A stretch of 59,045 nt of DNA, the filler included, from Sphacelaria rigidula (lineage: Eukaryota): NCBI GenBank assembly GCA_964200075.2. It is 8 parts of 8 records of this genome, joined end to end, with 100 filler letters (N's around TTAATTAATTAA, not from the genome) between each part and the next. Parts side by side here need not be neighbours in the genome. Positions count along the whole stretch, not along the records: positions 22,182 to 29,474 come from CAXNAA020015586.1; positions 29,575 to 36,867 come from CAXNAA020015587.1; 6 more parts are not named here. One strand, written 5' to 3'. The notes beneath the pieces were generated by a model. The model saw nothing but the letters and a program-made list of their open reading frames with translations, ran no database searches and had not been told where the DNA came from. Positions 22,247 to 35,876 of the stretch are shown here, piece by piece. A program made the position numbers and the translations under genes. Within the stretch, counting starts at the first letter, position 1; each line of letters begins with the position of its first letter.

Positions 22247-22413
22247 CCCTTATACGCACAGCCTCATGGACCCGTAAGGTATCAACCCCGTGTCCCCGGT
22301 CATTATTCAGAATTCTCCCAGAATTCTCCCAGAATCCTCCCAGAATCCCCGCGTCCCCGGTCACTATCCAGATCACCACTACCGACTCTACTTAAGGGCG
22401 TAACTTTGTCACA
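22247..22413 (-). repeat. 3' LTR of the Gypsy element (truncated by the CAA-tailed repeat)
   Basis: Aligns to about 27632-27785 (ccctt.tacgca.agcctcat.gacccg..ccagaatcctccc..ccagatca.cactacc.actc.act..cgtaa.tt.gtcaca). Confidence 0.85.
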
Positions 22414-25400
22414 GCCCCAAAGCGCGTTGGACGAAGATCGAGCAACAGGCTTGACACACGGAAAATGCCAAAATGATGAGCAAGTCACAACTGAATACCA
22501 AACTCACGCGTAATGCGAGCAGCAACGGCACGAGTCACGCGCAATTCACGCAACTCCTTCGTGAGAAGTTCCGGAGCGGCCTCAAAAATATCCTTGAAAG
22601 GCTCCCACGTATGCTCCTCAACTTCGAAACCAACCCAGTCGACCAACACGATCAATGAACGATCGTCTGCTTCTGCCACTCGGACAATACCAGTCATCTG
22701 AAATTGCCCTTGATTGAAAGCGTGCTGGAACACGTCCATAACGTCAGCCGTAACATTAAGCTGGGAGTCTGCATGAAAACGCAAACGAGCTGCATGGGCG
22801 GTCTGAAGACGACCCGAAACAATGTTCTGGATTTCAAACACGTGTGGGTGGTGAGCACCAACCACTCTCCACGCACCAGTTCATGTCGCCATCAACTTGG
22901 GCATAAAGCCCGGACGACGCACGCGTGCGTACAAGACATAGTCCCCGACCTCAAAAGTCGGTCGTTCCAGCCCCGGCGAGGATCCCTCACGTCTACATGC
23001 ACGTTCAGCGGCAACACGCTCCTGCACTTGAACATGGAAACGTTATTGCGAGTTCAAGACTCCTCGCAATACACACATAATTTGACCATCATCCAAGACA
23101 CCACACTTCCATTCCCCCGCCGACGAAGATGCCAACACCGAGAAAGACGCCCGAGGAGCACGGCCAAACGTCACGTGGTACGGCGTACTATCGTAACGAC
23201 GACGATACGCTGTATTGAGCGCCCATTGCATCGCAGGCAACACGTCCACCCACTCGGAAACTGCTCTACGCTGCTCGAGAAGAATAGAGGGACGAGCACG
23301 GACTATTTCCCTGACCAAGCGTTCGCACGTGCCGTTAAACCACGGAGAACACGCCACCGCAAACTGGTGATCACCGTGCAAAGCCTCTCGTAATCGGACC
23401 AAGATCGCATTCTTGAAATACGCGGCGGTGTCACTCACCCACACACGCGGCACCCCCACAGTTTTGCAACAATTTAGCAAAGATGCAGCGGTTGATTCAG
23501 CAGTACACACTGCTACTGGTCCCAGAGACACAAAGTTGCTCAAATCATCCACGATTACCAAAATGTATCGAAACCCAGCATTCTCCGACAAACCTTGGGA
23601 AGCTAGCGGGTCACTCTCGCCCACGTACAAGAATTCAAAATGAACGACTTCATTCGGCATGGTCCCATGGACCGTTTCGCGGAGCGGGCGGGGAACAACA
23701 TCGCCCGCTCTCAAGTCAGCACAGTGAAGACATTGGCGGACAAATCCGCGCACATGAGTTTCTATCCTCTGCCAAACACAACACTCTTCCAAGCGCACGA
23801 GCGTCGCAGCCACACCACAATCGACGCACATGTGCGCGCAAATCACCAGACGTCCCTGCAACTGCTTGTCAGAACTCGGGATCCACAAAACGTTTCGGCA
23901 ACGCAGATGCACACGAAGTAGACCTTCATTGTCCAAGATAGCAGTACCAACATCCGACTAGAAAGATTGCACATCCGCATCTTTGGCCCCAAGATCTTTC
24001 CGTTGCGCTTGGCGGACGACATATTTGGACGGCATCGAGTCATCAGCTTCACACGGACCATACACAGCCACAGCGCGCACAGACAAAGCCGGAATATTCA
24101 CCCAATACGAAAGTAAGTCACCCCACGCGTTACAGTCACCCGAAAAAGGCAAATCGAGTAACGATACTGGCCAAGAACACCTTTCCAACCCACCGAACGT
24201 TGAGCCAACGCCTTCCACGCAGACGTAATGCACGCTTCCGGGTTGAAGACAAACACGAGATTTTGGTGATCCGTGAAAATGTGCACGCCATCCCACATAA
24301 GATGCTCCAAACAACGAAAAGTTCTCACGACAGCATAACCTCCCTTGCCAATTGTGGCCCAACTCAACTGCGGTTCCCTGAAATACCACTGAAGAAAGCC
24401 CGCGGTTCATGCGTCATATCCTCGACCGGCAAGCGTCGTTGCATTTCAACTCCAGGCACCTGCGTGGCAAAACTACCCCAATGGCACTCAGATGCATCCG
24501 GAAACATCAACACCTGGCAATGAGGACGAGGAGGGAACAGCGTTATGGCATTAGCCACCAGATCCTTCGCTGCCGCCCACGTCTGCAGCCTGCAGTCCGT
24601 CCATGACGTAAGCGGAATAGCGCGGTTTTTTGCCACACGCTTCGTCCGCCTCGCAGCACCCGTCATGACGTCTTCGACGGGAAAACGCAAGAGAGCTACG
24701 ATTTCTACCATAAGCGGCAACGAGGTACGCATCCAATTCATGGCCTGGAGGAATTGCATGAGTTCTGCGGTCGTCTCCGGGCGCCGTATGTCAGACAAGC
24801 CTTGCAATCTGTCAAGGTCATGAAATACGCGTCCGTGTGAGTACACTTTCCCACACCACACGAGTTCACCAACGAAAAGGGTGGTACACTTGTGCGCAGC
24901 CGCAAACAAACGAACACTATTCAAACGAGCACTCAACAGATCAAGCACGTCCGACTCTTCGTTGGGCATCACACCCGGCGACTTCTCAACCTACTCATTC
25001 ACGGACTTGTAGTCGCTTACCAGGCGGAACGAGTCCTTCTTCGTAATCGCCACAGCCGGGCTGGACCACACCGCCTACAAGTTCCGGAACACCAACCCGA
25101 GCGCCAAAAGAGCCGCCATGCACGACACCAACCGACTCGACTTCACCGGATCGTACTGCCGCGGCTTCGCCTTCACCGCGCACGCCCCAGGTTTTGGCTG
25201 AACACGCATGGGCTCCACTCGTGCAGGGGGATCACCCCGCAGCGCACGACGAAACACGTTGATGCGGCGATGCAAGATGCAAGATGCTGCGCAGGCGCTC
25301 CGCTTTTGAGACGAAAGGCCTTTCGTCACAGCATCCGTCACGCTCTCCTCTAGCGCGACCTTCCGAGCGGACTCCTCTTCCACCGGATCCATGAACATCT

Positions 25401-27518
25401 CCGGGCCGCACTCCACCGAGCATTCCACCGCCTCATCCCGCTCCTCGGTCACCTGCCCCCCAGCCTCCTGAAAAGCATCCGCCGACAAGCTCACGCGACG
25501 ATTGCCACAAAGGCGGGCGGCTCCAAGCGTGGACCAGGCGGAGACATCTGCGTCTTCATGGAGTCCCATAACCGCGCATACGGGTCGACTCAAAGATCCT
25601 GAAGCGTCGGCAACCCCAGAAGAATGACGCCATCCGATCCCGGCATGATCGCGAACGAGATCGGAGGCAACGGCGCCGGCCCCCAGAAAGTCGCGAAAGC
25701 CAGCTGCAGCGGAACAGTACGCTCTGTGACGGAAATATGCTGACCCGACGCGGTGAAGGCTTGCCGCGCCCCGAGCGAAAACGGAATGCACAGCGGCATA
25801 CTCGGGAGAAGACGCCCCAAAATCTCTACAATCTGCACCGACAGACTCACATGACTCGTGAAGTGGGCGCCAGAATCCAGCGCAGCCCGAACCGCAATGG
25901 CTCCACGCTCCCGTTGATTCGGAAGACACAGCTCCGCAGGAACGTACTTGTCCGCAAACTCCACTGGCACTTCATCCGCCGATCGATGCGCCGCTAATTC
26001 CACTTGACGTCACGGCTGCGCAAGCTGCGCAGGCGAAGACGCTCCGGCAGGTTCAAACGGCACCGCCGGCGGGTACAACCCCCAGCCAGCAGAGCAAAAA
26101 TGTGGCGAAAATCCGACCAGCACATAAGTAGGCGTCGCGCCTGGCGCTGCTGCCGGTGCCACCACCGGCGCCAGCGCAGTGTTGGACACTGTAGAAGTCA
26201 ATCCCACCTGCACTGCCCGCTGCGGAGCAGCAGAACCTACGGCGGCGCCGGATCCAGAACCAGACCCATTCTGAAGCCACTGCCCCTGCTGCTGCCGCTG
26301 AGAACTCGACTGCGACCTTCCACCGCCGGAGGATCTGCCGCCGCCACCACCCCGATCACGTCTTCGTTTGCCCTTGTGCTGACGATACTGACGGCGCCCG
26401 GCTTGAGACTGCCCAAACTCCCCACCGGAAGACGTTAGACAATCGCGCACGCAATGGCCGACCCGGCCACAGTGGTGGCAAGTGATGAGCGCGGCGCGGC
26501 CGGCCGGTTTCGAGTCGTGGTGGCGCAAAGACTTCGGCGTGGAGATGGACGACTGACCGAACACCTCTATCTTCCGCCACTCCTTGGCCTCGGCCACGAC
26601 GGTGTCCATTACCAGGTAAGGGCCGATCTTCCAATTTGTCTCGTACTGCAACTTGACAAGCACGGCTTGCTTACATTTTTTCGACGCCAACCTCTCCACC
26701 AAAGTCTTGGTGATTGCTGCAGCCGGGCCGGGAATGAACTCATCAGCGGGGGAACGATATACTACTTCAACGTTTGGATTTTCTGAGAAGTACTTCTCCA
26801 GACTAGATAGGATTGGCTCCACCCGCTCTAGCGCCATCTTTCCCCGAGACTTCATGGCGATCGCTTTCGCCACGACCGCGGACGCTTGGGTCAGCTCCAC
26901 CTCGGCGCCCGCCGCATGCTCCGCATGCTGTTTGATCGCCGCAACCAATTGTGGCGGGGTGATTGTGCTCTCCTCATGTTCCACACAAGCAAAGACTCTC
27001 TGCGTATGCGATGGCACTTGTTGAGCCATCGACACCACCTTATGCCGCACAGCAGCCCCTGCGTTAGCATTCCACACGCTTCTTGTACTCCAAGTAGTTG
27101 GAGTAGAAAATGCGAGATGCACTCTCGGAGTACCTATCCCCGTGTTGGGGAGGTCGCAACTCTTCCCGCATAACCACGGGCGTCACGCTGGACGCAGCAC
27201 GCGAGCCGGTCGCCATAGCAGCAGCCGGCTACCTGCGAACCTTTCGCAGGCCAGAGGACCGTCGAGAATTGCACACTTCACCCTTACTTCGTCGCCGCAC
27301 CACACAGTGGCAGGAGCCTCCAAACTCCCGCTGCACGCAGCTTCAGCAAGTCTCCACTCTGGACCAATCACAGGCCAGCCGCCTTCCTGAGGCTACCTCA
27401 GCTTAGACCCCCTCGACGCGTCCGTGGTTAATCAGGCTGTCCCCAGCTACCAGACTCTTCCGCCGAAATTCTTCCAGCAAGTTCCACTAGGTACTAGCAC
27501 TAGCACTGTTATCAATGC

Positions 27519-27785
27519 TGTGACGCCAGCCAGAAGAAAACTGCTGGATCACTGCTGTATGAGGGACTCCCCAGAGGCAGTGGCCTCAGTTTCAGAAGTC
27601 AGCCTGTACAACATTTCATTACCCGGAGTGCCCTTGTACGCATAGCCTCATAGACCCGCAGGATACCACCCTCGTGTCCCCAGTCATTATCCAGAATCCT
27701 CCCAGAATCCTCCGGAATCCCCGTGTCCCCGGTCATTATCCAGATCATCACTACCAACTCAACTGAACCGCGTAATTTCGTCACA
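27519..27785 (-). repeat. 5' LTR of the Gypsy element (267 bp)
   Basis: Bounded by inverted TGTGACG (27519)...CGTCACA (27785); its right portion matches 22247-22413. Confidence 0.75.
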
Positions 27786-27814
27786 AATTTCTATATCCTT
27801 GTGGTACGGACAAC

Positions 27815-28540
27815 CTGTATACAGCAATGCTCGTAAAATGCACTCCACTTCCTGCGAGAAGATGCTTGAGTGCTGCGCCCATGCCCCCAGAAGAAGCCCC
27901 ACAGGATGTACGTAGTTCAAGCGATGCCTGGTCAACAATCAGGCAACTTTCCTTCCCCACTGCAACATTAACACTGCAGCACGGAATGGCCCTATAGCAG
28001 CTCAACGTCGGCCCAACCTGCGCTGCCGTGTATACACTCATAGCGCGAGCGATGTAAAGACTAAACACGACTAGCAAATTCACGAATAACTGGCTCTCCC
28101 AGCGATGCAACATTTTCGAAGCGCTCTTGTCTCGGCACGCACGTTGCTACTGACGATCTTGTGACATGTCAACCGAGAGATCGACTTGCTGTACCTCCGT
28201 AACTTAAAACCTTTCCTGCACCACAGTTTCCGCGGCAAGGATCGCTATATCTAGTCCTCGGCAGAGTAACGGGAGAAAAACCCCCCCCCCCCCATTACCC
28301 CGTCACGTACTTGGTGGTGAGGTGCCCATGAAAAAATAATCATGCGAAAGCCGCCTCACCTCAGAAGAACGATATCCAAGGAGCTCGACAATGGAGAGGG
28401 CGGTGTTAGCCCCCAGTGTTGCAAAGCTGCGTCCGCATTCGCGCTTGCCCGATCCGGCGAAAATCCTGACCATTCCGTCGGAGGTACCCACCACGAGCTT
28501 ACCCTTTTCCCGAGCACCGCATGTCAAGATACTCTGTGCT
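27815..28540 (-). CDS. Putative two exons of an unknown (possibly beta-propeller) protein: ~28540..28360 and 28017..27815
   Basis: Open frames ..KGKLVVGTSDGMVRIFAGS..YRSSE|VGPTLSCYRAIPCC..IAVY joined in phase 0 by GAG|GTGAGG and GCGCAG|GTT, with a further donor AG|GTTGTC. No start codon found and no recognised family. Confidence 0.4.
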
Positions 28541-29313
28541 TCCGCGTTTTCGGCAGGCTGCGCATTATGCCGTAGCGAAGCGAGGCATCAGGAATGGGCG
28601 TCGGTCGTCTTTGTCTCCGTCAGTGACGAGACACGGGCTCAAGAGCGACGCTCGCGCCTATCGGCAAGCTTGTTGAACTTCGTGGCCAGACATGCGGTTA
28701 CCGCGCGCAGTATAGGTAAATGCTGTTGGTTTTGCCGCGCCCGAAAATTATTTGTTGAGCGACAACATCTTGTGCGGTTTTGAAGGCACAGGGGCACATA
28801 TGTCCACGTGCTAACTCGGCGTCGTCGCCTTGTAGAGTGTGTAGGGTGTAGGATGCGCTACTTCATGGAATGTTCTTCTCTTTTACTGACTAAACTCACG
28901 AGCGCAAGTGTTTGTACTGTTTATACTTCAGTTCCCGTCGTGCAGTACACTAGATGAAAAGAACTCGAGGGATGGCCCAACCACTTTCAACACGAGCCAA
29001 TCGCGCATCGCCCGCAGATTTACCAAACGCACGAGCGCGTATGCAGAGTCGAATGTCTCAACATACTGGGTTCGGAATCAAGGGCCCGTGAAAACCTCAG
29101 GATATTTTACCATAGAAATCCAGTCGTGTCCTCCGAACCCACGGAGCTTCACAATTTGCGGAGAGCTAGCGGGGTGGAAGTGAATCAAACATATACACAA
29201 GTGCCGCAACCAAACTACGAGATTTAAAAGTTGTTCGTCATTATATTTTTCCGCCCCTGCGAGCGTCTGCGTATATTCTTTCTCTCTGTTTCAAAAAATT
29301 CCCGACTGGCTGC

Positions 29314-29474
29314 CGCGCCCCGGTGGTGTTATGGTCCGACTGTCGCCATTAGGGTGGAGAGAACTGGGGTTCGATTCCCGATACGGTGGGTTTTTCTTCG
29401 TGATGTATGATTTCCATCGTGGAAAGCGTGAGAACGTGAGTATACAAAGTAGTCGACTGGGTTTGCGTGACGTG
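29314..29474 (+). mobile_element. tRNA-derived SINE family A, 5' part (cut by contig end)
   Basis: cgcgccccggTGGTGTTATGGtccgactgtcgccattaggg..GGTTCGATTCCcgat, closely similar to the reverse complement of about 7850-7918. Confidence 0.8.
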
Positions 29475-29574
29475 NNNNNNNNNNNNNNNNNNNNNNNNNN
29501 NNNNNNNNNNNNNNNNNNTTAATTAATTAANNNNNNNNNNNNNNNNNNNNNNNNNNNNNNNNNNNNNNNNNNNN

Positions 29575-29640
29575 GTCGCTCTCCACTGTTGAGCATGGTA
29601 TAAGAAAGAATCCCAGATCGCTCCGGGAATCGAACCCCAC
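29575..29640 (-). mobile_element. tRNA-derived SINE family A2 fragment
   Basis: gtcgctctccactgttg.gcatggt..cagatcgctccg.gaa..gaaccc matches 54927-54988. Confidence 0.7.
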
Positions 29641-30825
29641 AATTCATTATTAGTCAATCGTTTTTTTTCCCTTCTCCGTTTCCTTTCCCCTCGGAACTAG
29701 CAACGCAACCCCGATTTCATTCTCGACACAACTCTACATGCGTACTGTACATATATTCTAGGAGCACCGCAGCCCGTCGACTGCTGCCAGGTGTCACGAG
29801 CTGGTTGGTGCGTCGTGTCCGGGTAATCCCCTCGTAGAGAATGTGGGGGTTCGACTTCGCAGCGCTGTTGAGAACCAAGGATATATAATGATGCCTGAAA
29901 GTGATGCATCTGAATGTTTACACGGTTCGAACGAGTCATCGCCGGTTCGAATTACCAAATCCACGATTTTTCAGGCGTGATTGCTTGAAAGAGAAAAACA
30001 GTTGACTGCTGGTCAAAAAGGTCTCGCACGCAATTTGTTTTGCGCCGTTCCACGTGCCTGGGGTGCGCGTACCTCGGTCTGAAATCAAAGCCGAAAGATT
30101 GACTTAAACGGTACGAATCAATCATACAAAAATCCAGTAATTTCCAGACTAATATTTCACTCGATCGAGCCTTGAAAGTTTAATAGAACTTGCGCTCAGA
30201 TGTTCATAGAAGCGAGCCTCCACGCCTTTACCTCTCGAAGGTATAATAGGAAGCTACTGGTACTCGCCTGGGCGTACAGCATGCTGACGATGGAGAGCCG
30301 TCCTGTATCAAAGTCACCTAACTTACTAGCAGGATTCTGAGGTTGGACGTGCCCAACGTAAGGGTAACGCGTGATGTTTGCTCTTTTATTTTCCGGAAAG
30401 GGGGAGCGTACTCGGAATCGCTCCGGGCGGTATATATATACATATATATGTCGGGGTCGACCTAACAGTTGCGTGTCACGATGCTGACGCACGCAAAACT
30501 TTCTTTCGGTTTCCTTCCGCCCGGTCTGATGGTGCCTTCAGCTTGACAGCATCAATTTTCAACGTGTGTAGGAAGGATCAAGTGACGAACATGTCACCTG
30601 ACCTGCGTTCCCTCACGTTAAAGATGGGAAGATGATATGCTTTGTCTCTATTTCCGTCAAAGAACCCCCTCCGCCACTCTGACGTGACCCCTCGCCCGCC
30701 CGTTCTTGCCATCTCGCCCCCTCTTTCTCTCGCAAAAATTGAAATCCACTTTCGCTGCCCCGGGGGGTGTTTCGGTACTTCCTACCACCCGTGGTTCAAT
30801 TCACGCGCATCGATGCAACGGCCAG

Positions 30826-33800
30826 AGTGGTTCTACGGAGGCCGACTGACAGACGCACCGAGCGTGACACAAATGTAAGACGTCAAGTTGCTAGTTGCCG
30901 CACCACCATTCTTCTCGAACACGTACTCGGGACATGTAGTCGTGGGTATTCGTAACGTTGCGGATCTCCGATGTGTAGAGTAGAACATTTGGCGTTGGAC
31001 CACCTGGCGGTGAGGGTTTATGGCCAACGGAGGGAGGAATCGCTCATGAGGCCAGGGCCATGAGCATGCCCTTCCCTGCCCCTAATTTATTTCTCTCTCG
31101 GAAGCTCTCAGATGGTACTGGTGCGTTTAACATACCCCATTCAATGTGATGACAATAACTATCTGAGAAGTTCGGGAATACACGATGGGGGTAGCGGAGG
31201 AGTATGCTCACGGGCCTGGTCTTGCACCAATATACCATCACTTGACGATCAACCTAAATTACCAGGTAGTCGAACTCTCTCCCGGAACTCCCAGCGTGGC
31301 ACGGGTGATCACCTTCAATGGCGTATGTTAGCCTCCAGCGTATGTCCTTCATGCTACTACTCTGCTCGCAAGCCACAATTGTCGGCCAACCCAAGTGTGT
31401 CGCACCTGAAAATTTCGCTCCTACCTTCTTTCATGTCGTGTGCTCCGTCAACCCCTTGTTCCTGGACGCGGACCTCGCGGTTTCTCCTGATTTCGAAGCC
31501 AAGAAACAGACGATGCATTAGCGTCCCCATCTCGTGTGAAGTCGGTACCGAAGCCGATTCCTCTGGGACCGTGCTTCCCACCTTTCCTGTTGGTCGATGT
31601 ATCAACGGGGCAGGAGAGTCGCTCGCGAGACTCGTACGAGAACTTCACGGAGTCGAGTTTCGTTGCCGATATGCTCGATCGTCTCGTCTCCGCCAACTTC
31701 CAGCGGCAGCGCAGTAGCGCAAATCCCGAGAGCAGCAAGGCGGCTGCTGTGAAGGTTGGTGTCATCTCACCGTACAAGGCACAGGTAGACCGCATCAAGC
31801 AGGACCTGAGCCGAAGGCGTTTGTTCAACGAGGATGGCTCGGCCATCGGAAATGTCCACGTCGAGGTGAGCGACGAGTTTTGTTTGTATCTCGGTGGAAT
31901 CTTGCTCGGATTGTCATCTTCTAGTGTCGTCACTTAACTGCGAGAAGACAGATCAGTGATGGTTGGCGTGGATCCGCGTTGGGGCCCCGTGCTGTAGTCG
32001 TTAAGATTGTGGGCCAGCGCTGGAATCAATCAAGAGTTATCATCCGAGAGGAACGCAATCCTTTTCTGTCTTGCGTACTTACAGGGGTGCGTCGACAGGG
32101 CGTGCTTGGGTGCGTCTCCCTGCGGTTCTTTCACGCGTCCCCGACCCGACCCATCAATGGATGATGCCATTGCTTAGACCGGTCCCGCCGTTATGTTGCT
32201 GTCACATCCCTCAGGTCTGCACGGTGGATGGGTTTCAAGGGAGAGAAGTGGACGTCGTTCTATTCTCATGCGTACGAGCCACGCCCGCGGGGGGTGGAGG
32301 TGGCCGGGGCACCATTGGCTTCCTGTCGGATCGTCGCCGGATGAACGTGGCTATCACGCGTGCCAAGCGCTCGCTGGTCATATTGGGCAACGTGAAGCGT
32401 TTGGCCTCGGACCGGACGTGGAGAGCCCTAGTTGAGCACGCGAATTCCTATGGTAAGCTGGTGCCCGGCGGTGATAGAAGTGCCGGCAAGACTCCGAGTG
32501 GAGAGGCGCTTTGTAGTCGTCTCGAAGCGATGGATAAGGCACATTCGGAGGCCGTGGCTGCAGCAAGCGCCGATAATGGTCGGGCCGGGGGGGGCAGGCA
32601 CGAGAAAGAAAAGAGAGGCAAGGAGCGGCGGGTTGACCGATCGCCTGGCGAATGTGAACCGCGACGAAAGAAGATCATCAGCGCGACGCAGCAGGACGAG
32701 CGCATTTCATCGCCAACCCTACGGAAGGACAGCAACACTCCATGCGGTGTACAAGTCGAGAAGCTGACCGAAGATTCGACATCTGCAAGGGCGCTAGCAA
32801 GGAGTGCGAAAGGTGGGGGTGAAGGTAAGACGCGGAAAGCACGCGACGGCGCTCGTACCGACAAATCCGACACGCTGTCGGGCTCGTCAGAGTCGAGCTC
32901 TCGCATCGTGTCCTCAGGAGAAGTCGCAGGGGACGAGCTGGCGCATGCAGCGCCTCAAGACGGCAAGGTCCCATCAAAAAGCAGGAGAGGGCAGGACGTC
33001 AACAGTGACCGCAGCGGCGGCATGGACCGCCCAAAGAAACGAACGAGGAAGGACCGTGGTTCTGATAACGATACAGCGAACGACAGAAACGCTTCGAAGG
33101 GTGGTGGCGGCGGGTTTAATCTAGGAGGTCTCTTGGGTTCTATCGATTCAACGGCGAAGAAAATAGCGTCTGGCAAAGATCACGAATATCGGCGAGGGCT
33201 TCAGGGCGGCGCGGTAAGCGAGTACAGCTCTGTGCAGCCCTCCGCAACAAGTGACACCTGTTGATTCCTTCATCAGTATCTAACACCCGATAGCAAACGA
33301 TAGGACTAATTCACCGCGATCGAGAGTATAGTCGGATGTTACTTTGTTTTGCGCGTGCAGCTGCGTTTTGTCTGCCGCAATCACGAAGAAGTGTCAGGAG
33401 TGTTCAGTCAAACATGTGGCATCATTTCAGCGAATATATTGCCGTCACTTCACTTGTTGCCAGAAATTTCCGAAGTGCATCACAACGTCCCAAACCTACA
33501 ATTCAAAAAGATTTAGGTGAACGCGAGCCTTGTACGACCGTCGGATATTCAGTACTCAGCTGCAGTTCCTAAAAACGTTTTCTAAAATTTATTCCAATTT
33601 TGATTTTTGATACCTCGCGCATGCAGATTTCTCTCGAAGCTGTTCCTGTACAGAAATTCGCACCATGGTCCAAAGTTCATGGTGTATGTGTTGGTGAAGC
33701 TACAAGCTACGGCAACAAACACGTGCGATTGTTTTTATAAGTCTTGCAAACAGCATCGTACAACTAGCGATGGAAGGCCCGGTATGATGGAATAGGATAG

Positions 33801-35876
33801 TCATTATCGTCGCAATAAAACAGGCAACTATTTTGTACGGTCTGGTGGGTATGTCAGCGAATCGGAAGGGACATGAAAGATACTTCATTGAAAACAGTTA
33901 CCGCGAAAGCTTGGAAACATGTGACCATTATCATTTTTCGATATAGTGATTTATGATCCTGTTGATATCCAACCGCGGTTGTGGACTTACAATGGTTGTC
34001 GCGTAAACGCACGCAAAATTGCGTGTTGTGTAGGCAACACCTCGCCCAATATCCCAATACTAGTTGGCAGTCGTCAACAAGTAGAGTTAAAAATTCATTA
34101 TAATTATTCCTGAAAAGGTCGAATTCTCGTATCGTTTGCTTTTCCTTCTGAGTATTCCTCATTTGACGTGTAGTTCCTGTCCTTCATGAGGACATGTTGA
34201 CCTGACATGCGTCTCATTACAAGGCTAGAAAACGGTTTTACCTTTGTTGAGTATTCGACTCCTTTGTGGGAATTTCGATCATCACAGTCTCATTTTGTTT
34301 TCGTTTTGATTTCACTTGTCTTTGCAATGGTTTTCTGCTGCATGCCGTGCGTTTCATGAGTGTCAATGATTGGGTTTAAATAGTCAGTTCGTAGCCGGTA
34401 GCGGTCAAGATATAGACCTCTTGAGTGAAAAGCTTGTTTCGTTTTTTTTTTTCATGGTCGCTGGCGGTTAGAATGTGGGCCTCTTTAGTGAAAACAAATC
34501 TTGTGTTTTTTTTTTTTTCATCAACAGCTGTCTCCCAATACATTCTCAGTCATTTCACATATATGTTGACTGGGAAACCCGCATGGTTGAGCAAGGTTTC
34601 GTTTGAGTTTTACCAAATAGTGACCACCATTGCATGTAACCTGTTTCTTGAATGTCCCGGAAGTGCAGCGGGAGGGATGTGCAGACAAGCTTTTGCCTAT
34701 ATGAATTCACCCCGCCACGCTTTCGGTGCTCCCGTAGTGACCCGTATGATGCTTACTGCATCCGTAGCCCCCACGCGCCGTGATCGCTAATTCGCCTCGG
34801 TTTTCGAACAGGAGGAAGAACGGAAAAGGGCGGCTAAAGCACCGCGGCTGAACGGCGCCAAAGTAACGGAGCTCGGCCGGGCAAATGAAGCAAAAGCACC
34901 CCCACCGGCTGTATTTTCGCCTCCTTCCACTTCCTCGCGACGCGAGAACCAGCCTTCCGGTGATTTCACGGGCGAGCGAAAAGTTACCAGCGGCACCGGT
35001 AGCGCGAGTGCTAGCAAAGCTCACGATAGCACGCAGAGACACGCACTGGCACTGGAGTCTACAAGGCTGCCTTCCTCGAGCAAGAAGGTGAAGAGCAGTC
35101 AAGGAGGTAGCAGCAGCGAGGGTGCCGCCGACAAACGCCGCGATCTCCGCCGGGCCGATAACCCCTCAACCCGTTCTTCGAGTTCTCGCCAGCAAGTGCT
35201 GCCCAGCACAAGAAGCAGCAACACCGTTCGACATCCCGTCAGTAAGGAACGCGAGAGAAGCGGCAGTAGCAGTAAGAACGGTGACGCTGCCCGGCATTCT
35301 ACAATGCCAGAGCGTCATTCTGCCCACGTTTCACGTGCACCGAAGTCATATTCCAGCAGCAGCGGGAAGAGCTTGCGCAAATTCGGCTGTACGAGCGATG
35401 TCGGCGGTGATGGTGTAGTTGCCATGGATGGCCATGCAATGCATTCTAGTTCCCCAGCCGGAGCCTCGACGTTCAACAAAACACCCAAACGTGCAAACGC
35501 AGCTGGAGGAGGAAATGTGGGCGCCGTCAGCAATCATCGAGGCGGGCTTAACAATCACCAACAAAGGGATCCCCATGCCGTCGACCGGTCCACTGGCGTC
35601 AGTGCCCGCAACGCACCTCGTGTACCAGGTGACAGAGCTGCCAGGAGGCCGAGCCAGGGAATCAACCGAGATCAAAGTTCACGAGCGGGTGTGGGGACGT
35701 CAACAACTTTGCAATCACGAATAACACCTAGAGCTGGTATGAACCCGGGGAATGGAGGGGGTCGTTCAGCTCGCGTGGCTGCGAAGAAAAAGAAGTCAAG
35801 TTCCTCAGGCGGAGGTGGTCTGGATTTGTTGGGTTCCATCATGAAAGGCATTGATGATACTCACACGAAAAAGTGA
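30826..35876 (+). CDS. Sen1/senataxin-like (Upf1-like SF1) helicase, 3' part with long disordered tail; exons ~30826..30874, ~31499..31865, 32215..33213, 34812..35876
   Basis: Motifs WFYGGRLTDAPSV, SYENFTES, VGVISPYKAQV, EVCTVDGFQGREVDVVLFSCVR and IGFLSDRRRMNVAITRAKRSLVILGN are the Upf1/Sen1-family C-terminal helicase motifs. Exons have GT/AG borders with compatible phases, and the stop is at 35874-35876. Confidence 0.85.

Larger units (their letters stand above)
22247..27785 (-). mobile_element. Decayed Ty3/Gypsy LTR retrotransposon with chromodomain-like integrase tail
   Basis: Minus-strand order: gag with CHHCGRVGHCVRDC knuckle (27122-26010); protease AALDSGA (26003-25590); RT remnants (~25300-24600); RNase H (LMFPDASECHWG, FTDHQNL); integrase (H..C..C zinc motif, VWVSDTA, PWFNGTCER; 23936-23043); chromo-like LVDWVGFEVEEHTWEP (22865-22485). 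Two related LTRs flank it. Confidence 0.92.
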
